DNA of 63,222 bases, filler included, from an uncultured bacterium (lineage in GTDB: Bacteria > B130-G9), in NCBI GenBank assembly GCA_965372715.1. It is 3 parts of 3 records of this genome, joined end to end, with 100 filler letters (N's around TTAATTAATTAA, not from the genome) between each part and the next. Parts side by side here need not be neighbours in the genome. Positions count along the whole stretch, not along the records: positions 52,241 to 63,222 come from CBDVDH010000081.1; 2 more parts are not named here. The stretch is one strand, 5' to 3'. The notes beneath the pieces were generated by a model that was not told where the DNA came from, did not search any database, and saw nothing but the letters and a program-made list of their open reading frames with translations. Below are positions 61,962-63,222 of the stretch, piece by piece; position 1 is the stretch's first letter, and each line of letters opens with the position of its first letter. A program made the position numbers and the translations under genes.

Positions 61962-62366
61962 ATGAGAAAGACAATACTTTCAGGACTGGTTTATCTTGGC
62001 TTGGTGTTCGCCGTAGTGGCGGGTTCCACATGGATAACCGATGAGGACGGGGACATAGCCGAAGTCAGCACGGCGGGGGCGCTCCTCGTTGACGCGGACT
62101 CAGCAACCGTTCGAACCGACTGGAACGCTTACTCGTTGACCGGTGCCGTCACTGAGGCGAGCCAGGCGCTTGGCCAGAATGTGACAGACACAGTCATAGC
62201 CAACGACGGATCAGCGGTTCTGCTGGTCGGGTTCGGCGCGTCAGTTACAAATAAATCGTGGGAGTTGAAGACTGGCGAGACCTTCTCCACGGGTCTTCAA
62301 TACAGCAACCTGTACTACAAAACCAGTTCGGGAACGGCGGAATTCCGCGTGTTCACTAGCTGGTAG
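61962..62366 (+). CDS. Small beta-rich virion-like protein with a Sec signal peptide
   Basis: MRKTILSGLVYLGLVFAVVA|; IAND..LLVGF..LKTGE beta-strand pattern. Confidence 0.75.
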   Translation: MRKTILSGLVYLGLVFAVVAGSTWITDEDGDIAEVSTAGALLVDADSATVRTDWNAYSLTGAVTEASQALGQNVTDTVIANDGSAVLLVGFGASVTNKSWELKTGETFSTGLQYSNLYYKTSSGTAEFRVFTSW

Positions 62367-62378
62367 GAGGATAGAGTG

Positions 62379-63222
62379 ATGAGAAAATTTATGGGCGTAT
62401 GGATACTGACGGCGGTTGTCCTGTTGATCGCTGGCGCGGGCTGGGGCTCGTCGTTGAACCAGAGCGGGGATGACAAGTACGTGAACGTGGATGGCGATAC
62501 GATGAGCGCCGCGCTTCGTGCGCCTCTATTTGTAAACACATTCAATTCAGGCGGAGACAGTAATTACAACTTCGCCGCAGGTGGTACAGGCAATGTGTTC
62601 GTTGGTGCAGGACTTGCCAACACTATAGGCGGTGGTAGGCAGAACGTTATTTCCAACGAGACGGACAGCACTATCGGCGGTGGCAGAAAAAACTCAACGG
62701 CGGGTGGTTACTCAACGATTGCTGGCGGAGAAAACAATCTGATTCACAAATATACAGATGGCTCTACTATCGGCGGCGGCAGCGCAAATATAATCTATAG
62801 AAATGGTGAGTCTGCCACGATCATCGGCGGTGACGGGAATCACATTGGGGACGGAACCAATGATGCAGTTTACTCTACAATCCTCGGAGGTTCAGGAAAC
62901 AAGACGCTGGGCAACTATTCTCTGGCCGCTGGGTTTATGGCGTACGCGACAAATGCAGGCGCGTTTGTATGGGCGGATTCTCAGGGGGTTGTGCAAGGGA
63001 CACATGGAAATGATTCGTTTACGATACGGGCTTTGGGTGGGGCCTATTTCATGAACGACGTTTGGGCATCAAGCAACATATATTCAAGGGGTTCGATAGT
63101 CACCACAGGAACCCCCGTCTACGTGGAGTCCGATCCTATTTGGACAGCCGCAAGCAACAGCATCCAACAGCAAATCACAAGCAACGATGCTGACCTGACA
63201 AACACGGTGAGCAAGACGGGCG
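62379..63222 (+). CDS. Tail-fibre-like protein with a Sec signal peptide (runs off the window; absent from the ORF track)
   Basis: AGGAGG RBS; MRKFMGVWILTAVVLLIAGAGWG|..YVNVDGDTM, repeated STIGGG..N, AFVWADS..FTIRA.GG, ESDPIW; no stop before the window end. Confidence 0.82.
   Translation, partial: MRKFMGVWILTAVVLLIAGAGWGSSLNQSGDDKYVNVDGDTMSAALRAPLFVNTFNSGGDSNYNFAAGGTGNVFVGAGLANTIGGGRQNVISNETDSTIGGGRKNSTAGGYSTIAGGENNLIHKYTDGSTIGGGSANIIYRNGESATIIGGDGNHIGDGTNDAVYSTILGGSGNKTLGNYSLAAGFMAYATNAGAFVWADSQGVVQGTHGNDSFTIRALGGAYFMNDVWASSNIYSRGSIVTTGTPVYVESDPIWTAASNSIQQQITSNDADLTNTVSKTG

Larger units (their letters stand above)
52241..63222. mobile_element. Tailed-phage (Caudoviricetes) packaging/head module; prophage or co-binned phage
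   Basis: Gene order TerS-TerL-portal-scaffold-capsid-fibre genes; no host genes on this contig. Confidence 0.92.

Overview
The window joins three separate contigs with artificial 100-nt spacers (44 N + TTAATTAATTAA + 44 N at 26248-26347 and 52141-52240), so adjacency across the spacers is not biological evidence. Contigs 1 (1-26247) and 2 (26348-52140) look like the chromosome of a GC-rich, LPS-making (kdsB, heptose kinase) and probably anaerobic, amino-acid-fermenting bacterium. Housekeeping genes include purC/purQ/purS, birA, coaX, dnaJ, grpE, smpB, pnp, rpsO, pyrG and scpB. Also present are two dispersed microcompartment shell genes, glycosyltransferases, an atypical type IV pilus/T2SS locus, and three secreted proteins sharing one ~120-aa domain. 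A tRNA-Lys is followed by a ~2.5-kb islet, bounded by an 11-bp repeat of the tRNA 3' end, that carries a three-gene TA/defence-like cassette. GTAG-type REP palindromes are common, and several are interrupted by a small MITE-like element. Contig 3 (52241-63222) is a tailed-phage head module: TerS, TerL, portal, scaffold and major capsid protein. The most striking observation is that three consecutive virion-like genes shortly downstream of the capsid gene (fibre/decoration type) all start with classical Sec signal peptides. All family calls come from motif recognition by eye; no database searches were run.
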